The position numbers and the translations under genes are program-made. The notes below the pieces were generated by a model, which was given only the letters and a program-made list of their open reading frames with translations, ran no database searches and had not been told where the DNA came from. Positions 36,734-47,494 of a stretch of 64,000 nt of DNA are shown in pieces. This DNA is from an uncultured Lachnospiraceae bacterium (GTDB taxonomy: Bacteria > Bacillota > Clostridia > Lachnospirales > Lachnospiraceae), in contig CANRMI010000004.1 in NCBI GenBank assembly GCA_947631685.1, positions 23,439 to 87,438 on the forward strand, written 5' to 3'. The stretch's first letter is position 1. Every line of letters starts with the position of its first letter.

Positions 36734-39262
36734 ATGAAAGCCTGTTGGAAAAAACTCAAAAATGTCTATCTGCTGTCTTTTCTGATTCCCTTTCTGGGAG
36801 TCGCGGGCATCTGTATAGCGAGGGGGATGTTTCCCTTTGGTGAAAACAGCTTTATGTACTCCGATATGTATCATCAGTATATTCCCTTTTTAACTGAATT
36901 CCGGCGCAAGCTGCACAGCGGGGAAAGCCTGCTGTTTTCCTGGCGGGCGGGCCTGGGCTCCGATTTTTTAACGATCTATGCCTATTATCTGGCAAGCCCG
37001 GAAAACTGGCTGGTGTATTTTGTGCCTGAGAAATACCTGATTGAGTTCATGACTTTTTTTATCGTGTTAAAGATTGGGCTCTGCGGGCTCACTTTCGCGC
37101 ATTATCTGCGCAGCCGCTTTCACACCGAAGATCTGCGTATTGTATGGTTTTCGGTATTTTACGCCCTGTCTGCCTATACAGCGGCTTACAGCTGGAATCA
37201 TATGTGGATGAACTGTCTGTGGCTGGCCCCGTTAGTCATTCTGGGTTTGGAAGGGCTGGTAAAGGAGGGGAGATGGCGCCTGTACTGCCTGACTCTCACG
37301 CTCTGTATCCTGACAAATTACTATCTTTCCATTCCCCTCTGTATGTTCCTGTGCCTGTATTTTCTGATGCAGCTGTTTACCAACGGGTTGTCCCTGAAGA
37401 AAAAGGGCGTGGCGCTCTTTCGCTTTACAGGCGCTTCCCTGCTGGCGGGAAGCATGTGCGCTGTTTTGCTCTTTCCCGTGGGACGGGCCATGCTGGCTAC
37501 GGACTTTGGCAGCGCCCGCTTTCCCGACAAGGCGGAGGCATACTTCAATGTGCTGGAAATGCTGGTCCGCCATGTGCCCATGCTGCAGGTGGAAAGAGGG
37601 CTGGATCATTGGCCCAATATCTATTGCGGCGTTCTGGTTTTTGTACTGGTGCCGGTTTATTTTCTCCATAAGAAGATTTCCTTAAAGGAGAAAGCCGGCA
37701 GGTTCCTGCTGCTGGGAATCTTTCTGGCTTCTTTCTCGATCAACATTTTGAATTTTATCTGGCATGGCTTCAATTACCCCAATTCCCTGCCGGCGAGGCA
37801 GTCTTTTCTCTATATTTTCCTGGTGTTAACCATGTGCTTTGAGGCGGTGTACAGGGACGGGGAAAACGGATGGATCAACCGCCTTATAGGCGTGGCCTGC
37901 GGCGCGGTTCTGCTGGCGGCCTGCGGTATTTTTGTAACTACCAGTGGAGTGACCGTGGAAGTCATGGCCTGCGCGTGGATATTTCTGGCAGGATATTTTC
38001 TGCTGTGGCTGCTGTGCGTCGTGCCTGTCAGAAAAAGGGACGGGGAAGAAAAGAGGTGGAAGCCTGCCCGATACGGGAAATGGGCCATTCTGGGACTGGC
38101 TGTGGTGGAAGCGGTCATGAATATGGCGGTAACGGGCATCCCGGCGGTACAGAGGACCAGTTATCTGAACAACGCGGCGGCGCTGAAAACGCTTCTGGCG
38201 GTAAAGGACGCGAAAGAGGACGCAGGGGATGAGGCGTTTTACCGGGTGGACAGTCTGCGGCAGATCACCAAGAATGACGGTATGCTGGCAGGCTATGCCT
38301 CGGCCTCGGTCTTTGCTTCCACCGTAAGCGGCGGCGTGGAGGACTGTTACGATGCTCTCGGCATGGGAGGCAACAAGGTTTCCTATTTTTACAGGGGAGC
38401 CACGCCCTTAACGGCGGCCATGCTGGGGATCAGGTATACCTTTTCCTGGCAGGAAGAGCGGGATACGCAGATTTACGAGCTGGTGGGGCAGCAGGGAGAG
38501 AAGTATCTGTACCGGAACCGGTATACACTGCCTGTCGGCATACTGCTTTCCCAAGGAGAAGCCCAGGCATTGGAAGAGAGGGTGGAGAAAAGCCAGGGAA
38601 ACGGAATCGGGCTGCAGAATCTCCTGACCAGGGAGCTCTGCGGAAAGACACTTTTTAACATGCTGGACGGCAGAGAGTTTGACAGTACGGAAAACGGAAT
38701 CCGCGTGGAAACTCTGGCGGACGGACACCTTTACGCGGCGGTGTCGGACGCGCCGGAGGATACGGTCACGTTGGAAAGGAACGGGGAGGAGAAAGAGCTG
38801 GAAAACGTGGACGGAAAGACGCTGGTGGATTTAGGCTGGTACGGAGCCGGCGAGAGCTTTTCCATTACGGCAACGGAAGAGGACTCCTTTTCCATGCGGA
38901 TATACCGGATGAATTCCCAGGTGCTGGAAGAGGCGGTGGACAAGCTGGGGGAAGCTCCCTTTGTGACGGAACAGATAAGGTCTGACGGCCTTTCGGGAAG
39001 GGCACAGGCCCGGACAGGGGATCTGCTGGTTTTGTCGGTGCCCTGGGATGAGAACTGGACAGTGCTGGTGGACGGCATAGAGACGGAGCCGGAAGCATTC
39101 TGCGGAGCCTTTCTGGCGGTGTCTTTAGGATCGGGTGAACATACGGTGGAAATCCGGTATGCCCCATGGGGATTAAGAGAGGGCGCGGCGCTCAGCCTAT
39201 GCAGCGTGCTTCTGTTTGGGATACTCTGCCGTAAAAGGCGAGGGAAGCAAGATTCTGTTTGA
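36734..39262 (+). CDS. YfhO-family membrane protein (GT-C glycosyltransferase-like)
   Basis: PFGENSFMYSDMYHQY, GLGSDF..YAYYLASP, PARQSF, LSVPWDENW.VLVDG. Confidence 0.88.
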   Translation: MKACWKKLKNVYLLSFLIPFLGVAGICIARGMFPFGENSFMYSDMYHQYIPFLTEFRRKLHSGESLLFSWRAGLGSDFLTIYAYYLASPENWLVYFVPEKYLIEFMTFFIVLKIGLCGLTFAHYLRSRFHTEDLRIVWFSVFYALSAYTAAYSWNHMWMNCLWLAPLVILGLEGLVKEGRWRLYCLTLTLCILTNYYLSIPLCMFLCLYFLMQLFTNGLSLKKKGVALFRFTGASLLAGSMCAVLLFPVGRAMLATDFGSARFPDKAEAYFNVLEMLVRHVPMLQVERGLDHWPNIYCGVLVFVLVPVYFLHKKISLKEKAGRFLLLGIFLASFSINILNFIWHGFNYPNSLPARQSFLYIFLVLTMCFEAVYRDGENGWINRLIGVACGAVLLAACGIFVTTSGVTVEVMACAWIFLAGYFLLWLLCVVPVRKRDGEEKRWKPARYGKWAILGLAVVEAVMNMAVTGIPAVQRTSYLNNAAALKTLLAVKDAKEDAGDEAFYRVDSLRQITKNDGMLAGYASASVFASTVSGGVEDCYDALGMGGNKVSYFYRGATPLTAAMLGIRYTFSWQEERDTQIYELVGQQGEKYLYRNRYTLPVGILLSQGEAQALEERVEKSQGNGIGLQNLLTRELCGKTLFNMLDGREFDSTENGIRVETLADGHLYAAVSDAPEDTVTLERNGEEKELENVDGKTLVDLGWYGAGESFSITATEEDSFSMRIYRMNSQVLEEAVDKLGEAPFVTEQIRSDGLSGRAQARTGDLLVLSVPWDENWTVLVDGIETEPEAFCGAFLAVSLGSGEHTVEIRYAPWGLREGAALSLCSVLLFGILCRKRRGKQDSV

Positions 39263-39324
39263 CATTTGGCCGGGCGTTTTGTATCATGGGGAATAGAGAG
39301 ATTTGAAGGAAAAGGAGAGCTTTT

Positions 39325-41595
39325 ATGAGCCTGGAGCAGAACTTAAATACATTGACAAAGAAGCGTTATAAAAAGTCCATAGAAGAGTGCGATAATAAGG
39401 AGCTTTATTACAGCCTGCTGGAACTGGTAAAGGAGAAAACAGGCGAAAAGCCCCTTATTGAGGGGAAGAAAAAGGTATATTATATATCGGCGGAGTTTTT
39501 GATCGGAAAGCTGATGTCCAACAACCTGATCAATCTGGGCCTCTATGATGAGGTGGAAAGACTGCTTGCCGCAAAGGGCAAATCCCTGGCGGAGATTGAG
39601 GAAATAGAGCCGGAACCCTCTCTGGGAAACGGCGGCCTGGGCAGACTGGCGGCCTGCTTTCTGGATTCGATCGCTACGCTGGGACTGCCCGGTGACGGTA
39701 TCGGCTTAAACTATCATTTCGGGCTCTTTAAGCAGGTATTTAAGAACAAACTGCAGGGCGTGTATAAGAACAACTGGATAGAAAAGCAGTCCTGGCTCCA
39801 TAAAACGGACATTACCTATACTGTGGAGTTTGGGGACAGGAAGGTGACTTCCAGGCTCTATGACATCGACGTGGTGGGCTATAATCAGGGAGTGAATAAG
39901 CTGCATCTGTTCGACGTGGAGTCCGTGGACGAATCCATTGTCAAAAGGGGTATCACCTTTGATAAAGAGGACATCGAGAAGAATCTGACGCTTTTCCTGT
40001 ATCCGGATGATTCCGACGAAGCCGGCAATCTGCTGCGTATCTATCAGCAGTATTTTATGGTGAGCAACGCCGCCAGACTGATTTTACAGGAAATGAAAGA
40101 AAAGGGATATGACCTGCACAGGCTCTATGAGCACGCGGTCATTCAGATCAACGATACCCACCCTACCATGGTGATTCCCGAACTGATCCGCATCCTGGTC
40201 ATGGAAGAGGACTTTACCATGGCGGAGGCGATTGAAACGGTCAGAAAGACCTGCGCTTACACCAATCACACCATTCTGGCGGAAGCGCTGGAAAAGTGGC
40301 CCCTGAGCTATCTTTGGAAAGTAGTGCCCCAGCTGGTGCCCATTATCAAAGAACTGGACAGAAGGGCGGCACTGTGTTTCCCGGATCCTAAGGTAAGGAT
40401 TATTGACGGGGAAAACAGGGTACATATGGCGCATTTGGACATCCATTACGGATTCTCCGTCAACGGCGTGGCCGCCATTCATACGGACATTTTAAAGGAG
40501 AGCGAGTTAAATCATTTTTACCGGATCTATCCGGAGAAGTTCAATAACAAGACCAACGGCATCACGTTCAGGCGCTGGCTGCTTTCCTGCAACAGGGAGC
40601 TTTCCGGACTGATCTCCGAGACCATTGGGGAAGGCTATAAGCAGAACGCGGACGAACTGGAAAAGCTGCTTTCCCGAAAAGACGATATGGTTTTCCTGAA
40701 TCGGCTGGAAGAGATCAAGATGCAGAAAAAGCGCGCGCTGGTGGCGTATATACAGGAAAAAGAAGGGGTATCCTTAAATCCGGATTCCATATTCGATATT
40801 CAGATCAAGCGTCTGCATGAATACAAACGCCAGCAGATGAACGCCCTTTATATCATTCATAAATATCTGGAGATCAAGAGGGGGAAAAAGCCGGTAAGGC
40901 CCATAACCTTTATCTTTGGTGCCAAAGCGGCGCCCGCTTACATTATTGCGCAGGACATCATTCATTTGATCCTGGTGCTGCAGGATATTGTGGCGTCGGA
41001 TCCGGAAGTCAGCCCCTATATGCAGGTATTGATGGTGGAAAATTATAATGTCAGCTACGCGGAAAAACTGATTCCGGCCTGTGATATTTCCGAGCAGATC
41101 TCTCTGGCATCCAAGGAAGCTTCCGGTACCGGCAATATGAAATTTATGTTAAACGGCGCGGTGACTTTGGGAACCGCGGACGGCGCCAACGTGGAGATCG
41201 CGGATCTGGTGGGAGAAGATAACATCTATATCTTTGGGGAGAAATCCGAACAGGTCATCGCCCACTACGCCAAGGCGGACTATGTGTCCCGGGATTACTA
41301 TGAGAAGAGTCCCGTAATCAAAGAAGCGGTGGACTTTATTGTAGGCAGCCAGGCTCTGAAGGCAGGGCATAAGAAGAATCTGGAGCGGCTCTATAAAGAG
41401 CTGTTAAATAAGGACTGGTTTATGACGCTTCTGGATCTGGAAGATTATATTGCGGTCAAGGATAAGATATTTGAGGATTATGAGGACAGGGAGAAATGGA
41501 AGAGGATGATGCTGACCAATATCGCGAAGGCCGGTTTCTTTTCCTCGGACAGGACGATCACGGAATACAATCGTGACATCTGGAAGCTGAAATAG
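39325..41595 (+). CDS. glgP: Glycogen/maltodextrin phosphorylase
   Basis: [52 protein letters not shown]; promoter TTGACA-17-TATCAT at 39259-39287. Confidence 0.95.
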   Translation: MSLEQNLNTLTKKRYKKSIEECDNKELYYSLLELVKEKTGEKPLIEGKKKVYYISAEFLIGKLMSNNLINLGLYDEVERLLAAKGKSLAEIEEIEPEPSLGNGGLGRLAACFLDSIATLGLPGDGIGLNYHFGLFKQVFKNKLQGVYKNNWIEKQSWLHKTDITYTVEFGDRKVTSRLYDIDVVGYNQGVNKLHLFDVESVDESIVKRGITFDKEDIEKNLTLFLYPDDSDEAGNLLRIYQQYFMVSNAARLILQEMKEKGYDLHRLYEHAVIQINDTHPTMVIPELIRILVMEEDFTMAEAIETVRKTCAYTNHTILAEALEKWPLSYLWKVVPQLVPIIKELDRRAALCFPDPKVRIIDGENRVHMAHLDIHYGFSVNGVAAIHTDILKESELNHFYRIYPEKFNNKTNGITFRRWLLSCNRELSGLISETIGEGYKQNADELEKLLSRKDDMVFLNRLEEIKMQKKRALVAYIQEKEGVSLNPDSIFDIQIKRLHEYKRQQMNALYIIHKYLEIKRGKKPVRPITFIFGAKAAPAYIIAQDIIHLILVLQDIVASDPEVSPYMQVLMVENYNVSYAEKLIPACDISEQISLASKEASGTGNMKFMLNGAVTLGTADGANVEIADLVGEDNIYIFGEKSEQVIAHYAKADYVSRDYYEKSPVIKEAVDFIVGSQALKAGHKKNLERLYKELLNKDWFMTLLDLEDYIAVKDKIFEDYEDREKWKRMMLTNIAKAGFFSSDRTITEYNRDIWKLK

Positions 41596-41604
41596 GAGGA
41601 AAAT

Positions 41605-43092
41605 GTGAGAAGAAGCGGAATTTTGCTGCCGGTGGCAAGCCTGCCGTCCCCCTACGGTATCGGGACGTTTTCTAAAGAAGCATACGCGTTTGTGGACTTT
41701 TTAAAGGCGTCAGGCCAGAAGCTTTGGCAGATTCTGCCTCTGGGGGCTACCGGTTATGGAGATTCCCCCTATCAGTCTTTTTCCACTTTCGCGGGGAATC
41801 CTTATTACATTGATCTGGAGGCTTTGTGTAAGAAAGGGTATTTGAAGCGGGCGGAGTGCAATGCCTGCGATTTCGGGAAAGATCCGGAGGTGGTGGATTA
41901 TGAGAAAATCTACCTCTCCCGCTTCGGGCTTTTAAAAAAGGCGGCTGCTGCGGCCTATGCGAAGGGGTTGGAGAAGACTGCCGGCTACCGGGAGTTTGTG
42001 ACGGAAAATAAAGACTGGCTGGAAGATTACTGTCTGTATATGGCGGTCAAGGACGGTTTTGACGGAGTCTGCCTAAGCGAGTGGGATGAAGATATACGGC
42101 TGCGCAGGCCAGAGGCTCTGAAAAAATACCGGGCAAAATATGAAAAGGAAATAGGGATTTACCGGTTTATTCAGTATGAATTTGCCATTCAGTGGCAGGC
42201 GTTAAAAGCCTATGCCAATGAGAACGGGATCCAGATAGTGGGGGACATTCCCATTTATGTGGCCTATGACAGCGCGGACACCTGGGCTGATCCCGAACTG
42301 TTTCTGCTGGATAGCGAGGGCCGTCCCCTGGCGGTGGCAGGTTGTCCTCCGGACGCTTTTTCCGCTACCGGACAGCTCTGGGGCAATCCTTTGTATCGCT
42401 GGGAGTATCATAAGGAAACCGGATTTTCCTGGTGGATGAAACGGCTGGATTACTGCTTTAAGCTCTATGATATCGTGCGTATCGATCATTTCAGGGGATT
42501 TGACGAGTACTGGGCCATTCCCTATGGGGACGCTACGGCACAGAACGGCAAATGGTGCAAGGGCCCAGGCTATGCCCTGTTTGACACTATGAAAAAGCAA
42601 CTGGGGGAAAAGCAGGTGATCGCGGAGGATCTGGGCTTTTTGACAAAAAGCGTGATCCGCCTGGTGAAAAGGACCGGTTATCCCGGTATGAAAATTTTGC
42701 AGTTCGCCTTTGACTCCAGAGAGGAAAGTGACTATCTGCCTCACAACTATACCCGTAACTGTGTGGTGTACACCGGAACCCACGACAACGATACGACGTT
42801 GAGCTGGTACCGTAGTCTGCCTCCTAAAGACAGGGAGTTCGCAAGGCAGTATCTGCATATTCCCAGAGGAAAAAAGGAAGTGGAGTGGGAATTTATCAGA
42901 GCGGCCCTCTCTTCCGTGGCGGATACCGCGATCATTCCCATGCAGGACTATCTGGGACTGGGCGGAGAAGCCCGCATCAATCTGCCCTCCACGCTGGGAG
43001 GAAACTGGGTGTGGAGAATGGGCGCGGACGCCTGTACACCTCAGCTGGCAGAGCGGATCCGGGCAATGACAAAATTATACGGGAGGCTGTAG
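41605..43092 (+). CDS. malQ: 4-alpha-glucanotransferase (GH77)
   Basis: GDSPYQS.S.FAGNP, GDIPIYV, GQLWGNP, RIDHFRGF, AEDLG, YTGTHDN. Confidence 0.95.
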   Translation: MRRSGILLPVASLPSPYGIGTFSKEAYAFVDFLKASGQKLWQILPLGATGYGDSPYQSFSTFAGNPYYIDLEALCKKGYLKRAECNACDFGKDPEVVDYEKIYLSRFGLLKKAAAAAYAKGLEKTAGYREFVTENKDWLEDYCLYMAVKDGFDGVCLSEWDEDIRLRRPEALKKYRAKYEKEIGIYRFIQYEFAIQWQALKAYANENGIQIVGDIPIYVAYDSADTWADPELFLLDSEGRPLAVAGCPPDAFSATGQLWGNPLYRWEYHKETGFSWWMKRLDYCFKLYDIVRIDHFRGFDEYWAIPYGDATAQNGKWCKGPGYALFDTMKKQLGEKQVIAEDLGFLTKSVIRLVKRTGYPGMKILQFAFDSREESDYLPHNYTRNCVVYTGTHDNDTTLSWYRSLPPKDREFARQYLHIPRGKKEVEWEFIRAALSSVADTAIIPMQDYLGLGGEARINLPSTLGGNWVWRMGADACTPQLAERIRAMTKLYGRL

Positions 43093-43590
43093 CGACAGCG
43101 GTGTTTTGGCCATACTTAAATAGGAGTTGTGATAGGTGACATTGTAAGTCACGTCCTCTAGGAACCAGTCCGGAGGAAGGAAGGTTTCGGCGGCAATCTT
43201 GCTGCCAAACTCCACTTCGGCCAGGATTAAGGGGGCGAAAGGAACGTCAAAAATATCCAGCTCGATGGTGAGGGTATAGTCCTCGGGCGGCTTGGGCCCG
43301 CCCTCCGCGAAGCGGGGATTTTCCAAAGGAATCAGATAGCGGGTTTTGGAGATAATGTTGCCGTCGGCTTTGTCCCGCAGATGAAGATAAGCCTCCCTGT
43401 TGAGAGGCAGATTAAATTCTTCCCTTGCCATCATGCCCCGGCCTTTGTAGGTCATGTAATATTCGTCGTCCTGTTTGCGCACGCGCACCACAGGATCCGT
43501 GTTCAGATAGGCCTGCTCGATATGGTGGGAGGGATAAAGCTCCAGATGTTCCGGAAGCTTTCGGATAGTAAATTTACGTTCGATTTCCAT
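43075..43590 (-). CDS. CYTH-domain protein
   Basis: MEIERKF, VRVRK, REEFN, KTRY, AEVEF. Confidence 0.88.
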   Translation of the reverse strand: MEIERKFTIRKLPEHLELYPSHHIEQAYLNTDPVVRVRKQDDEYYMTYKGRGMMAREEFNLPLNREAYLHLRDKADGNIISKTRYLIPLENPRFAEGGPKPPEDYTLTIELDIFDVPFAPLILAEVEFGSKIAAETFLPPDWFLEDVTYNVTYHNSYLSMAKTPLSLQPPV

Positions 43591-43697
43591 GGAAATTCTC
43601 CTTTAAGGGTTCTCTTTATATTAGTAACATAACCGGAGAAATATGTCAATTACGCGCGGCCTTTTGTGGGCGGGCGCGTGGAAAGAGAGGATATGGC

Positions 43698-44249
43698 ATG
43701 AGTAAAGTGTTGGTGTTTCTGGCGGAAGGCTTTGAGGAAATCGAAGCGCTGACCGTAGTGGATCTGTGCAGAAGAGCGGGGATCAAGACGGATACGGTAT
43801 CGGTGGGAACAAAGAGGCTGGTGACAGGCTCCCACAAAATTCAGGTTCAGGCGGATGTACTGCTTAAGGAAGCCGATCTTGACGGGGCGGATATGTTGGT
43901 ACTGCCCGGTGGAATGCCGGGAACCCGCAATCTGGAAGCCTGCGATCTCCTGATGGAGAAGCTGGATGAATTTTATAAGAAAGGAAAATGCGTCAGCGCC
44001 ATTTGCGCGGCTCCCAGTATTTTTGGGCACAGAGGGTATTTAAGAGGCAGAAACGCCTGCTCCTATCCGGGCTTTGAAAAGGAGCTGGAGGGCGCAGAAG
44101 TATGTGAGAAAACGGTGGCGGTATCGGAACATGTGACCACTTCCAGAGGAATGGGAACGGCCATGGATTTCGGGCTGGCGATCGTGGAGCGCTTCTGCGG
44201 AAGTAAAAAGGCGGAGGAACTGGCGGCAGCCGTTATCTACAGACAGTAA
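43698..44249 (+). CDS. DJ-1/PfpI (ThiJ/YajL) family protein
   Basis: GFEEIEA, LVLPGGMPG, AICAAP, TSRGMGT. Confidence 0.92.
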   Translation: MSKVLVFLAEGFEEIEALTVVDLCRRAGIKTDTVSVGTKRLVTGSHKIQVQADVLLKEADLDGADMLVLPGGMPGTRNLEACDLLMEKLDEFYKKGKCVSAICAAPSIFGHRGYLRGRNACSYPGFEKELEGAEVCEKTVAVSEHVTTSRGMGTAMDFGLAIVERFCGSKKAEELAAAVIYRQ

Positions 44250-44265
44250 GATTATTTTGGCACAA

Positions 44266-44296
44266 GGAAAAAGGGACAGCCTGCTGTCCCTTTTTC
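44266..44296. terminator. Bidirectional terminator between convergent genes
   Basis: AAAAAGGGACAG/CTGTCCCTTTTT. Confidence 0.8.
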
Positions 44297-44313
44297 CGTT
44301 GCTTCGTATAGCC

Positions 44314-44514
44314 TTATTTCATGGATTCTTCCTGCTTCTTAATCATTCTACGAACCATCTCGCCACCGATAGAACCGGCTTCCTTAGAGGTAAGGTCACC
44401 ATTGTAACCCTCCTTTAAGCTTACGCCCAGCTCGGAAGCGACCTCAGTTTTAAAACGGTCCAGAGCTGCTTTAGCTTCAGGAACCTCAACTCTGTTGGTC
44501 TTGTTGCTTGCCAT
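44314..44514 (-). CDS. Alpha/beta-type small acid-soluble spore protein
   Basis: ALDRFKTEVASELGV, GDLTSKEAGSIGGEMVRRMI. Confidence 0.95.
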   Translation of the reverse strand: MASNKTNRVEVPEAKAALDRFKTEVASELGVSLKEGYNGDLTSKEAGSIGGEMVRRMIKKQEESMK

Positions 44515-44709
44515 GATTATTCACCTCCAAATTTTAAGTTTTCTTTTCTTTGATTTTCTGATCTATTTTCAAGATAAGTGGATAAGCACCACTTATCTCG
44601 GTTGTTTCAGCCTCATAAGCGTGTGTTTATCACCTATCTTGATGTTAGTATTAGCAGGCAAAAAAATTTTATTATGGTAAGTTTTTCAAGATTCTTTCCA
44701 AAGTTTGGG

Positions 44710-44760
44710 TTGCAAACAGAAATTGTCAGTGTTATACTACAAAAATAAAAACGTTTTTAT
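44710..44760 (+). promoter_or_regulatory. Promoter plus perfect 16 bp palindromic LacI-type operator for the GH3 operon
   Basis: TTGCAA-17-TATACT then ATAAAAACGTTTTTAT (44745-44760). Confidence 0.75.
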
Positions 44761-44775
44761 TGCGGAGGGAATCTT

Positions 44776-47487
44776 ATGCCCGTACAGAAGGAAACATATG
44801 CGGCGGATTTAAAGTCGCTTTGCCGAAAAGCGGCGGCGGAAGGCGCTGTGCTTTTAAAAAATGAAGACGGTATGCTGCCCCTGAAAGCAGAAGAAACAGT
44901 GTCAGTCTTCGGCAGATGCCAGATCGACTATTATAAAAGCGGCACCGGTTCGGGCGGTTCCGTAAATGTGGAATACACCACCAATCTTCTGGACAGTTTA
45001 AGAGAAAGCGGAAGAGTAAAGATCAACGAGACTTTGGCCGCTATTTACGAAAACTGGATAAAAGAAAATCCTGCCGATAACGGCAACGGACTCTTTGGCT
45101 CCCAGCCCTATCATCAGGCGGAAATGCCCCTGACAGAAGCTATTGCGCGGGAAGCGGCGGCTGTTTCCGACAAGGCGCTGATCGTCATTGGCAGGACCGC
45201 GGGTGAGGAGCAGGACAATGCGGATGAGGGCGGCAAGTACCGCCTGAATGAGGAGGAATCCCGTATGCTGGCCCTGGTGACCGCGCATTTTTCCCGGACG
45301 GCGGTTATTTTGAATGTGGCAAATATAGTGGATATGAGCTGGGACGATCATCCTCACATAAAGGCAATCCTCTATGCATGGCAGGGGGGAATAGAAGGAG
45401 GAAACGGTACGGCGGATGTATTGACCGGACAGGTTAATCCCTGCGGGAGCTTGACTGACACGATCGCTTTTGAACTTGCGGACTATCCGGCCCATGATAA
45501 TTACGGGAGTGATACATATAATCTCTATCAGGAGGATATTTATGTAGGATACCGCTATTTTGAAACTTTCTGTCCCCAAAGGGTGCGCTATCCTTTTGGC
45601 TTCGGACTTTCTTATACGACCTTTTCCAGAAAACTGCTGAGGGCGGAAAGAAAGGGCGAGGGCGCACAGACGGAGGCGGTTTTGGAGTATGAGATCACCA
45701 ATACGGGCTCCCTTGCGGGAAAAGAAGTGCTTCAGCTCTACTTGGAGGCGCCCCAGGGCAGACTGGGCAAGCCGAAAAAGGTATTGGCAGAATTTGGCAA
45801 GACCGGCCTGCTTTCCCCGGGGGAGAGCGAGAGGCTGTATCTGACGGTGCCCTTTCGGAAATTTGCTTCCTACGACGATGGCGGCCTGACAGGAAACAGA
45901 TCCTGTTACGTTCTGGAAGCGGGGGACTACCGGATTCACGCGGGCAGGGACTGCCGCCACACAGAGGAAGTGACGATAGACGGAAAGGCGTTTTGGAGTC
46001 CGGATACCCTGATCGTGGCGGAAAGACTGCAGGAGGCCGCCGCTCCGGTCAGAAGCTTTACCAGGATCAAGCCCGCCGCGGCTGCCGGAGGATTTGATCT
46101 TTCTTACGAAGAGGTGCCGGTGCGGACCGTGGATATTGAAAAAAGGATACGGGAAAATCTACCGGGAACGCTGCCTGCAAAAAAGGGGACGACCGTGACC
46201 TTTCAGGAGGTGATGGCGGGAAAGGCTTCCCTGGAAGAACTGGTATCGACGCTTTCCCCGGAAGAACTGGCAGTCATGACGCTGGGCGAGGGGATGTGCA
46301 ATCCCAGAGTAACTTCGGGAACTGCGGCGGCCTTTGGCGGAGTCTGCGACGAATTGGCAGCGAAGGGGATTCCGGCAGCCTGCGCCTCTGACGGACCGTC
46401 CGGTATCCGCCGGGATACGGGAGAAAAGGCCACTCAGCTTCCGATCGGCACGATGCTGGCCTGCAGCTTCGATACCAGGCTGATGGAAGAGCTGTTCTAT
46501 CTGGAAGGGCTGGAGATTTTAGACAATGAAATAGATACGCTGCTGGGACCGGGAATGAATATCCACCGTTATCCTTTAAACGGCAGAAATTTTGAATACT
46601 ATTCGGAGGATCCCTATCTTACAGGCGCTATGGGAGCCGCCTGCGTCAGGGGGTTAAACAGGGCAGGAGTGACCGGCACCATTAAACATTTTGCCTGCAA
46701 TAATCAGGAAAAAAGCCGTCATACCGTGGACGCGGTGGTTTCCGAAAGGGCCCTGCGGGAGATTTATCTGAAAGGCTTTGAGATGGCGGTCAAGGAGGGC
46801 AGGGTCCGCAGTCTTATGACCACCTATAACCCGTTAAACGGTTACCAGAACGCCTGTCATTATGATCTCAATACGACCATTCTGAGAAAGGAATGGGGCT
46901 ATCAGGGCATTGTGATGACGGACTGGTGGGCAAGGCTGAACCACGTAGCGCGGGGCGGGGAGGCAGGCTGGACGGATGTGGTTTCCATGCTGCGGGCCCA
47001 GAACGACATCTATATGGTGGTAAATAACAACGGTGCCGTAGTAAATCCCAAAAAAGAGGCGATCCTGGAGGGATTGAGGACCGGAGAGCTGACTCTGGGG
47101 GAATTGCAGAGGAGCGTCCTCAATATCCTGCGCTTTCTGGTATCTTCTCCGGCTGCCAGGCGGGAGGTCAGAGTGCCGATGCCTCTGGAGATCGCGCCTT
47201 TGAAAGAGAAAGGCACGGAAGGGCTTTTCCTGCAGGCGGACAGGGACGGGCTCTACAGCCTGGTAGTGGAGTATACGGCACAGGGAACGGAGCGGGACCA
47301 GCTGCTGGTACAGCTTGGTTTAAACGGTACAGAGGCAGCAGAGCTTCAGACCAACGGCACCAGAGGCCGCCGGCTGACGCAGAGGATCTGTCAGGTGAAG
47401 TTGCAGAAAGGATACTACCAATTGACGGTGCGGCATATCAGAGCCGGCATCGAAGTGTTGTCCGTCAGTCTGCTGGCGGCTGAGTGA
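44776..47487 (+). CDS. GH3 beta-glucosidase, permuted domain order
   Basis: AAEGAVLLKN domain first, Fn3-like middle, then SDGPSGIR, IKHFACN, VMTDWW nucleophile. Confidence 0.92.
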   Translation: MPVQKETYAADLKSLCRKAAAEGAVLLKNEDGMLPLKAEETVSVFGRCQIDYYKSGTGSGGSVNVEYTTNLLDSLRESGRVKINETLAAIYENWIKENPADNGNGLFGSQPYHQAEMPLTEAIAREAAAVSDKALIVIGRTAGEEQDNADEGGKYRLNEEESRMLALVTAHFSRTAVILNVANIVDMSWDDHPHIKAILYAWQGGIEGGNGTADVLTGQVNPCGSLTDTIAFELADYPAHDNYGSDTYNLYQEDIYVGYRYFETFCPQRVRYPFGFGLSYTTFSRKLLRAERKGEGAQTEAVLEYEITNTGSLAGKEVLQLYLEAPQGRLGKPKKVLAEFGKTGLLSPGESERLYLTVPFRKFASYDDGGLTGNRSCYVLEAGDYRIHAGRDCRHTEEVTIDGKAFWSPDTLIVAERLQEAAAPVRSFTRIKPAAAAGGFDLSYEEVPVRTVDIEKRIRENLPGTLPAKKGTTVTFQEVMAGKASLEELVSTLSPEELAVMTLGEGMCNPRVTSGTAAAFGGVCDELAAKGIPAACASDGPSGIRRDTGEKATQLPIGTMLACSFDTRLMEELFYLEGLEILDNEIDTLLGPGMNIHRYPLNGRNFEYYSEDPYLTGAMGAACVRGLNRAGVTGTIKHFACNNQEKSRHTVDAVVSERALREIYLKGFEMAVKEGRVRSLMTTYNPLNGYQNACHYDLNTTILRKEWGYQGIVMTDWWARLNHVARGGEAGWTDVVSMLRAQNDIYMVVNNNGAVVNPKKEAILEGLRTGELTLGELQRSVLNILRFLVSSPAARREVRVPMPLEIAPLKEKGTEGLFLQADRDGLYSLVVEYTAQGTERDQLLVQLGLNGTEAAELQTNGTRGRRLTQRICQVKLQKGYYQLTVRHIRAGIEVLSVSLLAAE

Positions 47488-47494
47488 GGAAGCT

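Noticed and set aside
44776-47487. Permuted GH3 domain order as a novelty
   Set aside because: This arrangement is already known from rumen Firmicutes beta-glucosidases
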